Notes: generated by a model not told the origin, from the sequence alone. Counted from the first letter of the stretch, positions 1-14,200 are shown. The stretch: 64,000 bases of DNA from Eledone cirrhosa (GCA_964016885.1 OZ024741.1:259470001-259534000); one strand, 5' to 3'. Numbers and translations are program-made.

Positions 1-77
1 CTTAAGTCAAAACACTCGTAAGCCGAAACACTCGTAAGTCGAAACACTCGTAAGTCGAAACGCTCGTAAAGCGAAAC

Positions 78-147
78 GTATAAATAAAGATTAATGTAAT
101 GAATTTGAAAAGCATAGAGATTTGAAACCGCGTCTATTTGTTATTTT
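78..147 (+). repeat. 70-bp cassette, type A exemplar (GAATTTG...ATAGAGATTT; followed by a GTGAGCCG monomer and a GTTAGAAC monomer)
   Basis: Read directly. 18 copies are of this type: 78, 3318, 4467, 7047, 13875, 14626, 16617, 20644, 22605, 24663, 28344, 30594, 34275, 35983, 38073, 42007, 52145, 56079. Confidence 0.95.
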
Positions 148-640
148 CGTAAGTCGAAACACTCGTAAGCCGAAACACTCGTGAGCCGAAACACTCGTAA
201 GTCGGAACACTCGTAAGTCAGAACACTCGTAAGTCAGAACACTCGTAAGTTAGAACACTCGTAAGTCAGAACACTGGTAAGTCGAAACACTCGTATCGAA
301 ACACTCGTATGTCAAAACACCAGTAAGTCAAAACACTCGTAAGTCGAAACACTCGTAAGCCGAAACACCGTAAGTCAAAACACTCGTAAGTCGAAACACT
401 CGTAAGCCGAAACACCCGTAAGTCAAAACATTCGTAAGTCAAAACACTCGTAAGTCGAAACACTCGTAAGTCGAAACACTCGTAAGTCGAAACAGTCGTA
501 AGCCGAAACACCGTAAGTCGAAACACCCGTAAGTCGAAACACCCTTAAGTCAAAACACTCGTATGTCGAAACACTCGTAAGTCGGAACACTCGTAAGTCA
601 GAACACTCGTAAGTCAGAACACTCGTAAGTGGAAACACGC

Positions 641-1186
641 GTAAGTCGAAACATTCGTAAAGCGAAACGTATAAATAAAGATTAATGTAATGAACTTGAA
701 AAGCATAGAGATTTGAAACCGCGTCTATTTGTTATTTTCGTAAGTCGAAACACTCGTAAGTCAGAACACTCGTAAGTCAGAACACTCGTAAGTCAGAACA
801 CTCGTAAGTCAGAACACTCGTAAGTCAGAACACTCTTAATTCAGAACACTCGTATCGAAACACTCGTATGTCAAAACACCCGTAAGTCAAAACACTCGTA
901 AGTCGAAACACTCGTAAGTCGAAACATTCGTAAAGCGAAACGTATAAATAAAGATTAATGTAATGAACTTGAAAAGCATAGAGATTTGAAACCGCGTCTA
1001 TTTGCTATTTTCGTAAGTCGAAACACTCGAAAGTCAGAACACTCGTAAGTCAGAACACTCGTAAGTCAGAACACTCGTAAGTCAGAACACTCGTAAGTCA
1101 GAACACTCTTAATTCAGAACACTCGTATCGAAACACTCGTATGTCAAAACACCCGTAAGTCAAAACACTCGTAAGTCGAAACACTC
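641..1186 (+). repeat. 273-bp tandem duplication containing a type B cassette
   Basis: Cassettes at 669 and 942, and the rare variant CACTCTTAATTCAG at 831 and 1104, share the offset 273. Confidence 0.9.
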
Positions 1187-3159
1187 GTAAGTCGAAACAC
1201 TCGTAAGCCGAAACAATCGTAAGTCAAAACACTCGTAAGTCGAAACACTCGTAAGCAGAAACCCTCGTAGGTCGGAACACTCGTAAGTCGAAACACTCGT
1301 AAGTCGAAACACCCGTAAGTCGGAACACTCGTAAGTCAGAATACTCGTAAGTCGAAACACTCGTAAACCGGAACACCCGTAAGGCAAAACATTCGTAAGT
1401 CAAAACACTCGTAAGTCGAAACACTCGTAAGCCGAAACACTCGTAAGTCGAAACACTCGTAAGTCGAAACACTCGTAAGTCGAAACACTCGTAACCCGAA
1501 ACACTCGTAAGTCGAAACACTCGTAAGTCGAAACACTCGTAAGTCAGAGCACCCGTAAGTCAGAACACTCGTAGTCAGAACACTCGTAAGTCAATACACT
1601 CGTAAGTCGAAACACCCGTAAGTTGAAACATCCGTAAGTCAAAACACTCGTATGTCTAAACACTCGTAAGCCGAAACACTCGTAAGTCGGAACACTCGCA
1701 AGTCAGAACACTCGTAAGTCAGAACACTCGTAAGTCGAAACACTCGTAAGTCGAAACACCCGTAAGTCGAAACACTCGAAAGCCGAAACACTCGTAAGTC
1801 GAAACACTCATAAGCCGAAAGACTCGTAAGTCGGAACACTCGTAAGTCAGAACACCCGTAAGTCAGAACACTCGTAGTCAGAACACTCGTATGTCGAAAC
1901 ACTCGTTAGCCGAAACACTCGTAAGTCGAAGCACTCGTAAGTCGAAACACTCGTAAGTCGAAACACTCGTAAGTCGAAACACTCGTAAGCCGAAACACTC
2001 GTAAGCCGAAACACTCGTAAGTCGGAACACTCGTAAGTTAGAACACTCGTAAGTCAGAACACTCGTAAGTCAGAACACTCGTAAGTCAGAACATTCGTAA
2101 GTCGAAACACTCGTATCGAAACACTCGTATGTCAAAACACCAGTAAGTCAAAACACTCGTAAGTCGAAACACTCGTAAGCCGAAACATCGTAAGTCAAAA
2201 CACTCGTAAGTCGAAACACTCGTAAGTCGAAACACTCGTAAGTCGAAACACTCGTAAGTCGAAACACTCGTAAGCCGAAACACTCGTAAGCCGAAACACT
2301 CGTAAGTCGGAACACTCGTAAGTCAGAACAGTCATAAGTCAGAACACTCGTAAGTCAGAACACTTGTAAGTCGAAACACTCGTAAGCCGAAACACCGTAA
2401 GTCGAAACACTCGTAGTCGAAACACTCGTAAGTCGAAACACCCGTAAGTCGAAACACTCGTAAGTCGAAACACTCGTAAACCGAAACACTCGTAAGTCGA
2501 AACACTCATAGGCCGAAACACTCGTAATCAAAACACTCGTAGTCGGAACACTCGTAAGTCAATCCACTCGTAAGCCGAAACACTCGTAAGTCGAAACATC
2601 CGTAAATCAGAACACTCGTAAGTCAAAACACTCGTAAGTCGAAACACTCGTAAGCCAAAAATACTCGTAAGTCGAAACACCCTTAAGTCAAAACACTCGT
2701 AAGTCGAAACACTCGTAAGTCGAAACACTCGTACGCCGAAACATTCGTAAGTAAAAACATTAGTAAGTCGAAACACTCATAAGCCGAAAGACTCGTAAGT
2801 CGAAACACTCGTAAGCCGAAACACCCGTAAGTCAAAACACTCGTAAGTCGAAACACTCGTAAGTAGAAACACTCGTAAGTCAAAACTCTCGCACGCCGAA
2901 ACACTCGTAAGTAAAAACATTAGTAAGTCGAAACACTCGTAAGCCGAAACACTCATAAATCGAAACACTCGTAAGCCGAAACACCCGTAAGTCAAAACAT
3001 TCGTAAGTCGAAACACCCGTAAGTCAAAACACTCATATGTCGAAACACTCGTAAGCCGAAACACCGTAAGTAAAAACACTCGTAAGTCGAAACACCCATA
3101 AGTCGAAACACTCGTAAGCCGAAACACTCGTAAGTCGAAACACTCGTAAGTCAGAACAC

Positions 3160-5260
3160 TCGTAAATCAGAACACTCTTAAGTCGAAACTCACGTAAGCC
3201 GAAACACTCGTTGGTCGAAACACATGTAAGTCAAAACACTCGTAAGTCAAAACACTCGTAAGCCGAAACACTCGTAAGTCGAAACACTCGTAAGTCGAAA
3301 CACTCGTAAAGCGAAACGTATAAATAAAGATTAATGTAATGAATTTGAAAAGCATAGAGATTTGAAACCGCGTCTATTTGTTATTTTCGTAAGTCGAAAC
3401 ACTCGTAAGCCGAAACACTCGTGAGCCGAAACACTCGTAAGTCGGAACACTCTTAAGTCAGAACACTCGGCAGTCAGAACACTCGTAAGTTAGAACACTC
3501 GTAAGTCAGAACACTCGTAAGTCAGAACACTCGTAAGTCAGAACACTCGTAAGTCGAAACACTCGTATCGAAACACTCGTATGTCAAAACACCAGTAAGT
3601 CAAAACACTCGTAAGTCGAAACACTCGTAAGCCGAAACACCGTAAGTCAAAACACTCGTAAGTCGAAACACTCGTAAGTCGAAACACTCGTAAGTCGAAA
3701 CACTCGTAAGTCGAAACACTCGTAAGCCGAAACACTCGTAAGCCGAAACACTCGTAAGTCGGAACACTCGTAAGTCAGAACACTCATAAGTCAGAACACT
3801 CGTAAGTCAGAACACTCGTAAGTCGAAACACTCGTAAGCCGAAACACCGTACGTCGAAACACCCGTATGTCGAAACACTCGTAAGCCGAAACACTCGTAA
3901 GTCGAAACACTCGTAGTCGAAACACTCGTAAGTCGAAACACCCGTAAGTCGAAACACTCGTAAGTCGAAACACTCGTAAACCGAAACACTCGTAAGTCGA
4001 AACACTCATAAGTCGAAACACCCATAAGCCGAAACACTCGAAAGCCAAAACATTCGTAAGTCGAAACACTCGTAAGCCGAAACACTCGTAAGCCAAAACA
4101 TTCGTAAGTCGAAACACTCGTAAGTCGAAACACCCGTAAGTCAAAACACTCATATGTCGAAACACTCGTAAGCCGAAACACCGTAAGTAAAAACACTCGT
4201 AAGTCGAAACACCCTTAAGTCGAAACACTCGTAAGCCGAAACACTCGTAAGTCGAAACACTCGTAAGTCGGAACACTCGTAAATCAGAACACCCGCAAGT
4301 CAAAACACTCGTAAATCAGAACACTCTTAAGTCGAAACTCACGTAAGACGAAACACTCGTAAGTCGAAACACGTGTAAGTCAAAACACTCGTAAGTCAAA
4401 ACACTCGTAAGCCGAAACACTCGTAAGTCGAAACACTCGTAAGTCGAAACACTCGTAAAGCGAAACGTATAAATAAAGATTAATGTAATGAATTTGAAAA
4501 GCATAGAGATTTGAAACCGCGTCTATTTGTTATTTTCGTAAGTCGAAACACTCGTTAGACGAAACACTCGTGAGCCGAAACACTCGTAAGTCGGAACACT
4601 CTTAAGTCAGAACACTCGGAAGTCAGAACACTCGTAAGTTAGAACACTCGTAAGTCAGAACACTCGTAAGTCAGAACACTCGTAAGTCAGAACACTCCTA
4701 AGTCGAAACACTCGTATCGAAACACTCGTATGTCAAAACACCAGTAAGTCAAAACACTCGTATCTCGAAACACTCGTAAGCCGAAACACCGTAAGTCAAA
4801 ACACTCGTAAGTCGAAACACTCGTAAGTCGAAACACTCGTAAGTCGAAACACTCGTCAGTCGAAACACTCGTAAGTCGAAACACTCGTAAGCTGAAACAC
4901 TCGTAAGCCGAAACACTCGTAAGTCAGAACACTCATAAGTCAGAACACTCGTAAGTCAGAACACTCGTAAGTCGAAACACCCGTATGTCGAAACACTCTT
5001 AAGCCGAAACACTCGTAAGTCGAAACACTCGTAGTCGAAACACTCGTAAGTCGAAACACCCGTAAGTCGAAACACTCGTAAGTCGAAACACTCGTAAACC
5101 GAAACACTCGTAAGTCGAAACACTCATAAGTCGAAACACTCGTAAGTCGAAACACCCATAAGCCGAAACACTCGTAAGCCAAAACATTCGTAAGTCGAAA
5201 CACTCGTAAGCCGAAACACTCGTAAGCCAAAACATTCGTAAGTCGAAACACTCGTAAGTC
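3160..5260 (+). repeat. ~1149-bp diverged tandem duplication
   Basis: Cassettes at 3318 and 4467 and ORF-track twins 3167/4316, 3538/4687 and 3791/4940 are offset by 1149. The copies differ by several SNPs and monomer indels. Boundaries are approximate. Confidence 0.8.
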
Positions 5261-5269
5261 GAAACACCC

Positions 5270-8200
5270 ATAGCCGAAACACTCGTAAGTCGGAACACCC
5301 GTAAGTCAGAACACCCGTAAGTCAGAACACTCGTAAGTCAGAACACTCGTAAGTCAGAACACTCGTAAGTCAGAGCACTCGTATCGAAACACTCGTATGT
5401 AAAAACACCCATAAGTCAAAACACTAGTAAGTCGAAACACTCGTAAGCCGAAACACCGTAAGCCAAAACACTCGTAAGTCGAAACACCCGTAAGTCGGAA
5501 CACTCGTAAGTCAAAACACTCGTAAGTCGAAACACTCGTAAGCCGAAACACTCGTAAGCCGAAACACTCGTAAGTCGGAAAACTCGTAAGTCGGAACACT
5601 CGTAAGTCAGAACACTCGTAAGTCAGAACACTCGTAAGTCAGAACACTCGTAAGTCAGAATACTCGTAAGTCGAAACACTCGTATCGAAACACTCGTATG
5701 TCAAAACACCCGTAAGTCAAAACACTCGTAAGTCGAAACACTCGTAAGTCGAAACACTCGTATGTCGAAACATCCGTAAATCAGAACACTCGTAAGTCGA
5801 AACACTCGTAAGTCGAAACACCCGTAAGTCGGAACACTCGTAAGTCGAAACACTCGTAAGTCGAAACACCCATAGCCGAAACACTCGTAAGTCGGAACAC
5901 ACGTAAGTCAGAACACCCGTAAGTCAGAACACTCGTAAGTCAGAACACTCGTAAGTCAGAACACTCGTAAGTCAGAGCACTCGTATCGAAACACTCGTAT
6001 GTCAAAACACCCGTAAGTCAAAACACTCGTAAGCCGAAACAATCGTAAGTCAAAACACTCGTAAGTCGAAACACTCGTGAGCCGAAAATACTCGTAATTC
6101 GGAACACCCGTAAGCCGAAACCCTCGCAGGTCGGAACACTCGTAAGTCGAAACACTCGTAAGACGAAACACCCGTAAGTCGGAACACTCGTAAGTCAGAA
6201 TACTCGTAAGTCGAAACACTCGTAAACCGGAACACACGTAAGGCAAAACATTCGTAAGTCAAAACACTCGTAAGTCGAAACACTCGTAAGCCGAAACACT
6301 CGTAAGTCGAAACACTCGTAAGTCGAAACACCCGTAAGTCGAAACATCCGTAAGTCAAAACACTCGTATGTCGAAACACTCGTAAGCCGAAACACTCGTA
6401 AGTGGGAACACTCGCAAGTCAGAACACTCGTAAGTCAGAACACTCGTAAGTTGAAACACTCGTAAGTCGAAACACCCGTAAGTCGAAACGCCCGTAAGTC
6501 AAAACACTCGTATGTCGAAACAATCGCAAGCCGAAAAACCGTAAGTCAAAACACTCGTAAGTCGAAACACTCGTAAGTCGAAACACTCGTAAGCGGAAAC
6601 ACTCGTAAGCGAAAACATTCGTAAGTCGAAACACTCGTAACCCGAAACACTCGTAAGTCGAAACACTCGAAAGCCGAAACACTCGTAAGTCGAAACACTC
6701 ATAAGCCGAAACACTCGTAAGTCGGAACACTCGTAAGTCAGAACACCCGTAAGTCAGAACACTCGTAGTCAGAACACTCGTAAGTCGAAACACTCGTAAG
6801 CCGAAACAATCGTAAGTCGAAGCACTCGTAATCCGAAACACCCGTAAGTCAAAACATCCGTAAGTCAAAACATTCGTAAGTCGAAACACCCGTAGTCGAA
6901 ACACTCGCAAGTCGAAACACTCGTAAGTCGAAACACGCGTAAGTCGAAACACATGTAAGTCAAAACACTCTTAAGTCAAAACACTCGTAAGCCGAAACAC
7001 TCGTAAGTCGAAACACTCGTAAGTCGAAACGCTCGTAAAGCGAAACGTATAAATAAAGATTAATGTAATGAATTTGAAAAGCATAGAGATTTGAAACCGC
7101 GTCTATTTGTTATTTTCGTAAGTCGAAACACTCGTAAGCCGAAACACTCGTGAGCCGAAACACTCGTAAGTCGGAACACTCGTAAGTCAGAACACTCGTA
7201 AGTCAGAACACTCGTAAGTTAGAACACTCGTAAGTCAGAACACTCGTAAGTCAAAACACCCGTAAGTCAAAACACTCGTAAGTCGAAACACTCGTAAGCC
7301 GAAACACCGTATGCCAAAACACTCGTAAGTCGAAACACCCGTAAGTCGGAACACTCGTAAGTCGAAACACTCGTAAGTCGAAGCACTTGTAAGCAGAAAC
7401 ACTCGTAAGCCGAAACACTCGTAAGTCGGAACACTCGTAAGTCGGAACACTCGTAAGTCAGAACACTCGTAAGTCAGAACACTCGTAAGTCAGAACACTC
7501 GTAAGTCGAAACACTCGTATCGAAACACTCGTATGTCAAAACACCCGTAAGTCAAAACACTCGTAAATCGAAACACTCGTAAGTCGAAACACTCGTATGT
7601 CGAAACATCCGTAAATCAGAACACTCGTAAGTCGAAACACTCGTAAGCCGAAACACTCGTAAGTCGAAACACTCGTATCGAAACACTCGTAAGTCGAAAC
7701 ACCCTTAAGTCAAAACACTCGTAAGCCAAAACACTCGTAAGTCGAAACACTCGTAAGTCAGAACACTCGTAAGTGGAAACACGCGTAAGTCGAAAGACCC
7801 GTAAGTCAAAAATCTCGTTAGTCAAAACACTCGTAAGCCGAAACACTCGTAAGTCGAAACACTCGTAAGTCGAAACATTCGTAAAGCGAAACGTATAAAT
7901 AAAGATTAATGTTATGAACTTAAAAAGCATAGAGATTTGAAACCGCGTCTATTTGTTATTATCGTAAGTCGAAACACTCGTAAGTCAGAACACTCGTAAG
8001 TCAGAACACTCGTAAGTCAGAACACTCGTAAGTCAGAACACTCGTAAGTCAGAACACTCTTAAGTCAGAACACTCGTATCGAAACACTCGTATGTCAAAA
8101 CACCCGTAAGTCAAAACACTCGTAAGTCGAAACACTCGTAAGTCGAAACACTCATAAGCCGAAACACTCGTAAGTCGGAACACTCGTAAGTCAGAACACC

Positions 8201-11200
8201 CGTAAGTCAGAACACTCGTAGTCAGAACACTCGTAAGTCGAAACACTCGTAAGCCGAAACACTCGTAAGTCGAAACACTCGTAAATCGAAACATCCTTAA
8301 GTCGAAACACTCGTACACCGAAACACTCGTAAGTAAAAACATTAGTAAGTCGAAACACTCGTAAGCCGAAACACTCGTAAGTCGAAACACCCGTAAGTCG
8401 AAACACCCGTAAGTCAAAACACTCGTATGTCGAAACACTCGTAAACCGAAACACTCGTAAGTCGGAACACTCGTAAGTCAGAACACTCGTAAGTCAGAAC
8501 ACTCGTAAGTCGAAACACTCATAAGTCGAAACACTCGTAAGTCGAAACACCCGTAAGTCGAAACACTCGTATGTCGAATAACTCGTAAGCCGAAACACCG
8601 TAAGTCAAAACACTCGTAAGTCGAAACACTCGTAAGTCGAAACACCCATAAGCCGAAACACTCGTAAGCCAAAACATTCGTAAGTCGAAACACTCGTAAA
8701 CCGAAATACTCGTAAGCCAAAACATTCGTAAGTCGAAACACTCGTAAGTCGAAACACCCATAGCCGAAACACTCGTAAGTCGGAACACACGTAAGTCAGA
8801 ACACCCGTAAGTCAGAACACTCGTAAGTCGAAACACTCATAAGTCGAAACACTCGTAAGTCGAAACACCCGTAAGTCAGAACACTCGTAAGTCAGAACAC
8901 TCGTAAGTCAGAGCACTCGTATCGAAACACTCGTATGTCAAAACACCCGTAAGTCAAAACACTCGTAAGTCGAAACACTCGTCAGCCGAAACACCGTAAG
9001 CCAAAACACTCGTAAGTCGAAACACCCGTAAGTCGGAACACTCGTAAGTCGAAACACTCGTAAGTCGAAACACTCGTAAGCCGAAACACTCGTAAGCCGA
9101 AACACTCGTAAGTCGGAACACTCGTAAGTCTGAACACTCGTAAGTCAAAACACTCGTAAGCCGAAACACTCGTAAGTCGAAACACCCATAAGCCGAAACA
9201 CTCGTAAGCCAAAACATTCGTAAGTCGAAACACTCGTAAGCCGAAACACTCGTAAGCCAAAACATTCGTAAGTCGAAACACTCGTAAGTCGTAACACATA
9301 GCCGAAACACTCGTAAGTCGGAACACACGTAAGTCAGAACACCCGTAAGTCAGAACACTCGTAAGTCAGAACACTCGTAAGTCAGAACACTCGTAGGTCA
9401 GAGCACTCGTATCGAAACACTCGTATGTCAAAACACCCGTAAGTCGAAACACTCGTAAGTCGAAACACTCGTAAGCCAAAACATCGTAAGTAAAAAAGCT
9501 CGTAAGTCGAAATACACGTAAGTCGAAACACTCGTAAGCCGAAACAATCGTAATTCAAAACACTCGTAAGTCGAAACACTCGTAAGCCAAAAATACTCGT
9601 ACGTCGAAACACCCGTAAGCCGAAACACTCGTAAGTCGGAACACTCGTAAGTCAAAACACTCGTAAGTCGAAACAGTCGTAAGTCGGAACACTCGTAAGT
9701 CAGAACACTCGTAAATCAGAACATTCATAAGTCAAAACACTCGTAATTCGAAACACCCGTAAGTCGAAACGCCCGTAAGTCGAAACACTCATTAGCCGAA
9801 ACACTCGTAAGTCGGAACACTCGTAAGTCAGAATACCCGTAAGTCAGAACACTCGTAGTCAGAACACTCGTAAGTCAAAACACTCGTAAGCCGAAACACT
9901 CGTAAGCCGAAACACTCGTAAGCCGAAACACTCTTAAGTCGGAACACTCGTCAGTCGGAACACTCGTAAGTCAAAACATTCGTAAGCCAAAATACTCGTA
10001 AGTCGAAACACTCGTACGTCGAAACACTCGTAAGTCGAAACACTCGTAAGTCGAAACATCCTTAAGTCGAAACACTCGTACACCGAAACACTCGTAAGTA
10101 AAAACATTAGTAAGCCGAAACACTCGTAAGCCGAAACACTCGTAAGTCGGAACACTCGTAAGTCGGAACACTCGTAAGTCCAAACACCCATAAGCCGAAA
10201 CACTCGTAAGCCAAAACATTCGTAAGTCGAAACACTCGTAAGCCGAAACACTCGTAAGCCAAAACATTCGTAAGTCGAAACACTCGTAAGTCGAAACACC
10301 CATAGCCGAAACACTCGTAAGTCGGAACACCCGTAAGTCAGAACACCCGTAAGTCAGAACACTCGTAAGTCAGAACACTCGTAAGTCAGAACACTCGTAA
10401 GTCAGAGCACTCGTATCGAAACACTCGTATGTAAAAACACCCATAAGTCAAAACACTAGTAAGTCGAAACACTCGTAAGCCGAAACACCGTAAGCCAAAA
10501 CACTCGTAAGTCGAAACACCCGTAAGTCGGAACACTCGCAAGTCAAAACACTCGTAAGTCGAAACACTCGTAAGCCGAAACACTCGTAAGCCGAAACACT
10601 CGTAAGTCGGAACACTCGTAAGTCGGAACACTCGTAAGTCAGAACACTCGTAAGTCAGAACACTCGTAAGTCAGAACACTCGTAAGTCAGAATACTCGTA
10701 AGTCGAAACACTCGTATCGAAACACTCGTATGTCAAAACACCCGTAAGTCAAAACACTCGTAAGTCGAAACACTTGTAAGTCGAAACACCCATAGCCGAA
10801 ACACTCGTAAGTCGGAACACACGTAAGTCAGAACACCCGTAAGTCAGAACACTCGTAAGTCAGAACACTCGTAAGTCAGAACACTCGTAAGTCAGAGCAC
10901 TCGTATCGAAACACTCGTATGTCAAAACACCCGTAAGTCGAAACACTCGTAAGTCGAAACACTCGTAAGCCAAAACACCGTAAGTAAAAAAGCTCGTAAG
11001 TCGAAATACACGTAAGTCGAAACACTCGTAAGCCGAAACAATCGTAATTCAAAACACTCGTAAGTCGAAACACTCGTAAGCCAAAAATACTCGTACGTCG
11101 AAACACCCGTAAGCCGAAACACTCGTAAGTCGGAACACTCGTAAGTCAAAACACTCGTAAGTCGAAACAGTCGTAAGTCGGAACACTCGTAAGTCAGAAC

Positions 11201-14200
11201 ACTCGTAAATCAGAACATTCATAAGTCAAAACACTCGTAATTCGAAACACCCGTAAGTCGAAACGCCCGTAAGTCGAAACACTCATTAGCCGAAACACTC
11301 GTAAGTCGGAACACTCGTAAGTCAGAATACCCGTAAGTCAGAACACTCGTAGTCAGAACACTCGTAAGTCAAAACACTCGTAAGCCGAAACACTCGTAAG
11401 CCGAAACACTCGTAAGCCGAAACACTCTTAAGTCGGAACACTCGTCAGTCGGAACACTCGTAAGTCAAAACATTCGTAAGCCAAAATACTCGTAAGTCGA
11501 AACACTCGTACGTCGAAACACTCGTAAGTCGAAACACTCGTAAGTCGAAACATCCTTAAGTCGAAACACTCGTACACCGAAACACTCGTAAGTAAAAACA
11601 TTAGTAAGCCGAAACACTCGTAAGCCGAAACACTCGTAAGTCGGAACACTCGTAAGTCGGAACACTCGTAAGTCGAAACACCCATAAGCCGAAACACTCG
11701 TAAGCCAAAACATTCGTAAGTCGAAACACTCGTAAGCCGAAACACTCGTAAGCCAAAACATTCGTAAGTCGAAACACTCGTAAGTCGAAACACCCATAGC
11801 CGAAACACTCGTAAGTCGGAACACCCGTAAGTCAGAACACCCGTAAGTCAGAACACTCGTAAGTCAGAACACTCGTAAGTCAGAACACTCGTAAGTCAGA
11901 GCACTCGTATCGAAACACTCGTATGTAAAAACACCCATAAGTCAAAACACTAGTAAGTCGAAACACTCGTAAGCCGAAACACCGTAAGCCAAAACACTCG
12001 TAAGTCGAAACACCCGTAAGTCGGAACACTCGTAAGTCAAAACACTCGTAAGTCGAAACACTCGTAAGCCGAAACACTCGTAAGCCGAAACACTCGTAAG
12101 TCGGAACACTCGTAAGTCGGAACACTCGTAAGTCAGAACACTCGTAAGTCAGAACACTCGTAAGTCAGAACACTCGTAAGTCAGAATACTCGTAAGTCGA
12201 AACACTCGTATCGAAACACTCGTATGTCAAAACACCCGTAAGTCAAAACACTCGTAAGTCGAAACACTCGTAAGTCGAAACACTCGTATGTCGAAACATC
12301 CGTAAGTCGGAACACTCGTAAGTCAGAACACTCGTAAGTCAGAACACTCGTAAGTCAGAACACTCGTAAGTCAGAATACTCGTAAGTCGAAACACTCGTA
12401 TCGAAACACTCGTATGTCAAAACACCCGTAAGTCGAAACACTCGTAAGTCGAAACACTCGTATGTCGAAACATCCGTAAATCAGAACACTCGTAAGTCGA
12501 AACACTCGTAAGTCGAAACACCCGTAAGTCGGAACACTCGTAAGTCGAAACACTCGTAAGTCGAAACACCCATAGCCGAAACACTCGTAAGTCGGAACAC
12601 ACGTATGTCAGAACACCCGTAAGTCAGAACACTCGTAAGTCAGAACACTCGTAAGTCAGAACACTCGTAAGTCAGAGCACTCGTATCGAAACACTCGTAT
12701 GTCAAAACACCCGTAAGTCAAAACACTCGTAAGTCGAAACACTCGTAAGTCGAAACACTCGTAAGCCGAAACAATCGTAAGTCAAAACACTCGTAAGTCG
12801 AAACACTCGTGAGCCGAAAATACTCGTAATTCGGAACACCCGTAAGCCGAAACCCTCGCAGGTCGGAACACTCGTAAGTCGAAACACTCGTAAGACGAAA
12901 CACCCGTAAGTCGGAACACTCGTAAGTCAGAATACTCGTAAGTCGAAACACTCGTAAACCGGAACACCCGTAAGGCAAAACATTCGTAAGTCAAAACACT
13001 CGTAAGTCGAAACACTCGTAAGCCGAAACACTCGTAAGTCGAAACACTCGTAAGTCGAAACACCCGTAAGTCGAAACATCCGTAAGTCAAAACACTCGTA
13101 TGTCGAAACACTCGTAAGCCGAAACACTCGTAAGTGGGAACACTCGCAAGTCAGAACACTCGTAAGTCAGAACACTCGTAAGTTGAAACACTGGTAAGTC
13201 GAAACACCCGTAAGTCGAAACGCCCGTAAGTCAAAACACTCGTATGTCGAAACAATCGCAAGCCGAAAAACCGTAAGTCAAAACACTCGTAAGTCGAAAC
13301 ACTCGTAAGTCGAAACACTCGTAAGCGGAAACACTCGTAAGCGAAAACATTCGTAAGTCGAAACACTCGTAACCCGAAACACTCGTAAGTCGAAACACTC
13401 GAAAGCCGAAACACTCGTAAGTCGAAACACTCATAAGCCGAAACACTCGTAAGTCGGAACACTCGTAAGTCAGAACACCCGTAAGTCAGAACACTCGTAG
13501 TCAGAACACTCGTAAGTCGAAACACTCGTAAGCTGAAACAATCGTAAGTCGAAGCACTCGTAATCCGAAACACTCTTAAGTCGAAACACTCGTAAGTCGG
13601 AACACTCGCAAGTCAGAACACTCGTAAGTCAGAACACTCGTAAGTCGAAACACTCGTAAGCCGAAACACCCGTAAGTCAAAACATCCGTAAGTCAAAACA
13701 TTCGTAAGTCGAAACACCCGTAGTCGAAACACTCGCAAGTCGAAACACTCGTAAGTCGAAACACGCGTAAGTCGAAACACATGTAAGTCAAAACACTCAT
13801 AAGTCAAAACACTCGTAAGCCGAAACACTCGTAAGTCGAAACACTCGTAAGTCGAAACGCTCGTAAAGCGAAACGTATAAATAAAGATTAATGTAATGAA
13901 TTTGAAAAGCATAGAGATTTGAAACCGCGTCTATTTGTTATTTTCGTAAGTCGAAACACTCGTAAGCAGAAACACTCGTGAGCCGAAACACTCGTAAGTC
14001 GGAACACTCGTAAGTCAGAACACTCGTAAGTCAGAACACTCGTAAGTTAGAACACTCGTAAGTCAGAACACTCGTAAGTCAAAACACCCGTAAGTCAAAA
14101 CACTCGTAAGTCGAAACACTCGTAAGCCGAAACACCGTAAGCCAAAACACTCGTAAGTCGAAACAACCGTAACTCGGAACACTCGTAAGTCGAAACACTC

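Noticed and set aside
114-137. Hairpin ATAGA...TCTAT in the cassette as a Helitron 3' end or terminator; AGT-CGAAAC-ACT mini-hairpin in the monomer
   Set aside because: The stems are only 5 and 3 bp, and no CTRR terminus, TIRs or target-site duplication can be supported.
66-148. Hammerhead ribozyme in the satellite (CGAAAC resembles the core)
   Set aside because: No CTGANGA partner motif or supporting stems were seen on either strand of the monomer or cassette.
523-540. CENP-B-box-like string on the minus strand of CACCC variants (TTCGACTTACGGG)
   Set aside because: The canonical box is TTCG-N4-A-N2-CGGG. Here the N2 spacer is missing, so the essential spacing is not met.
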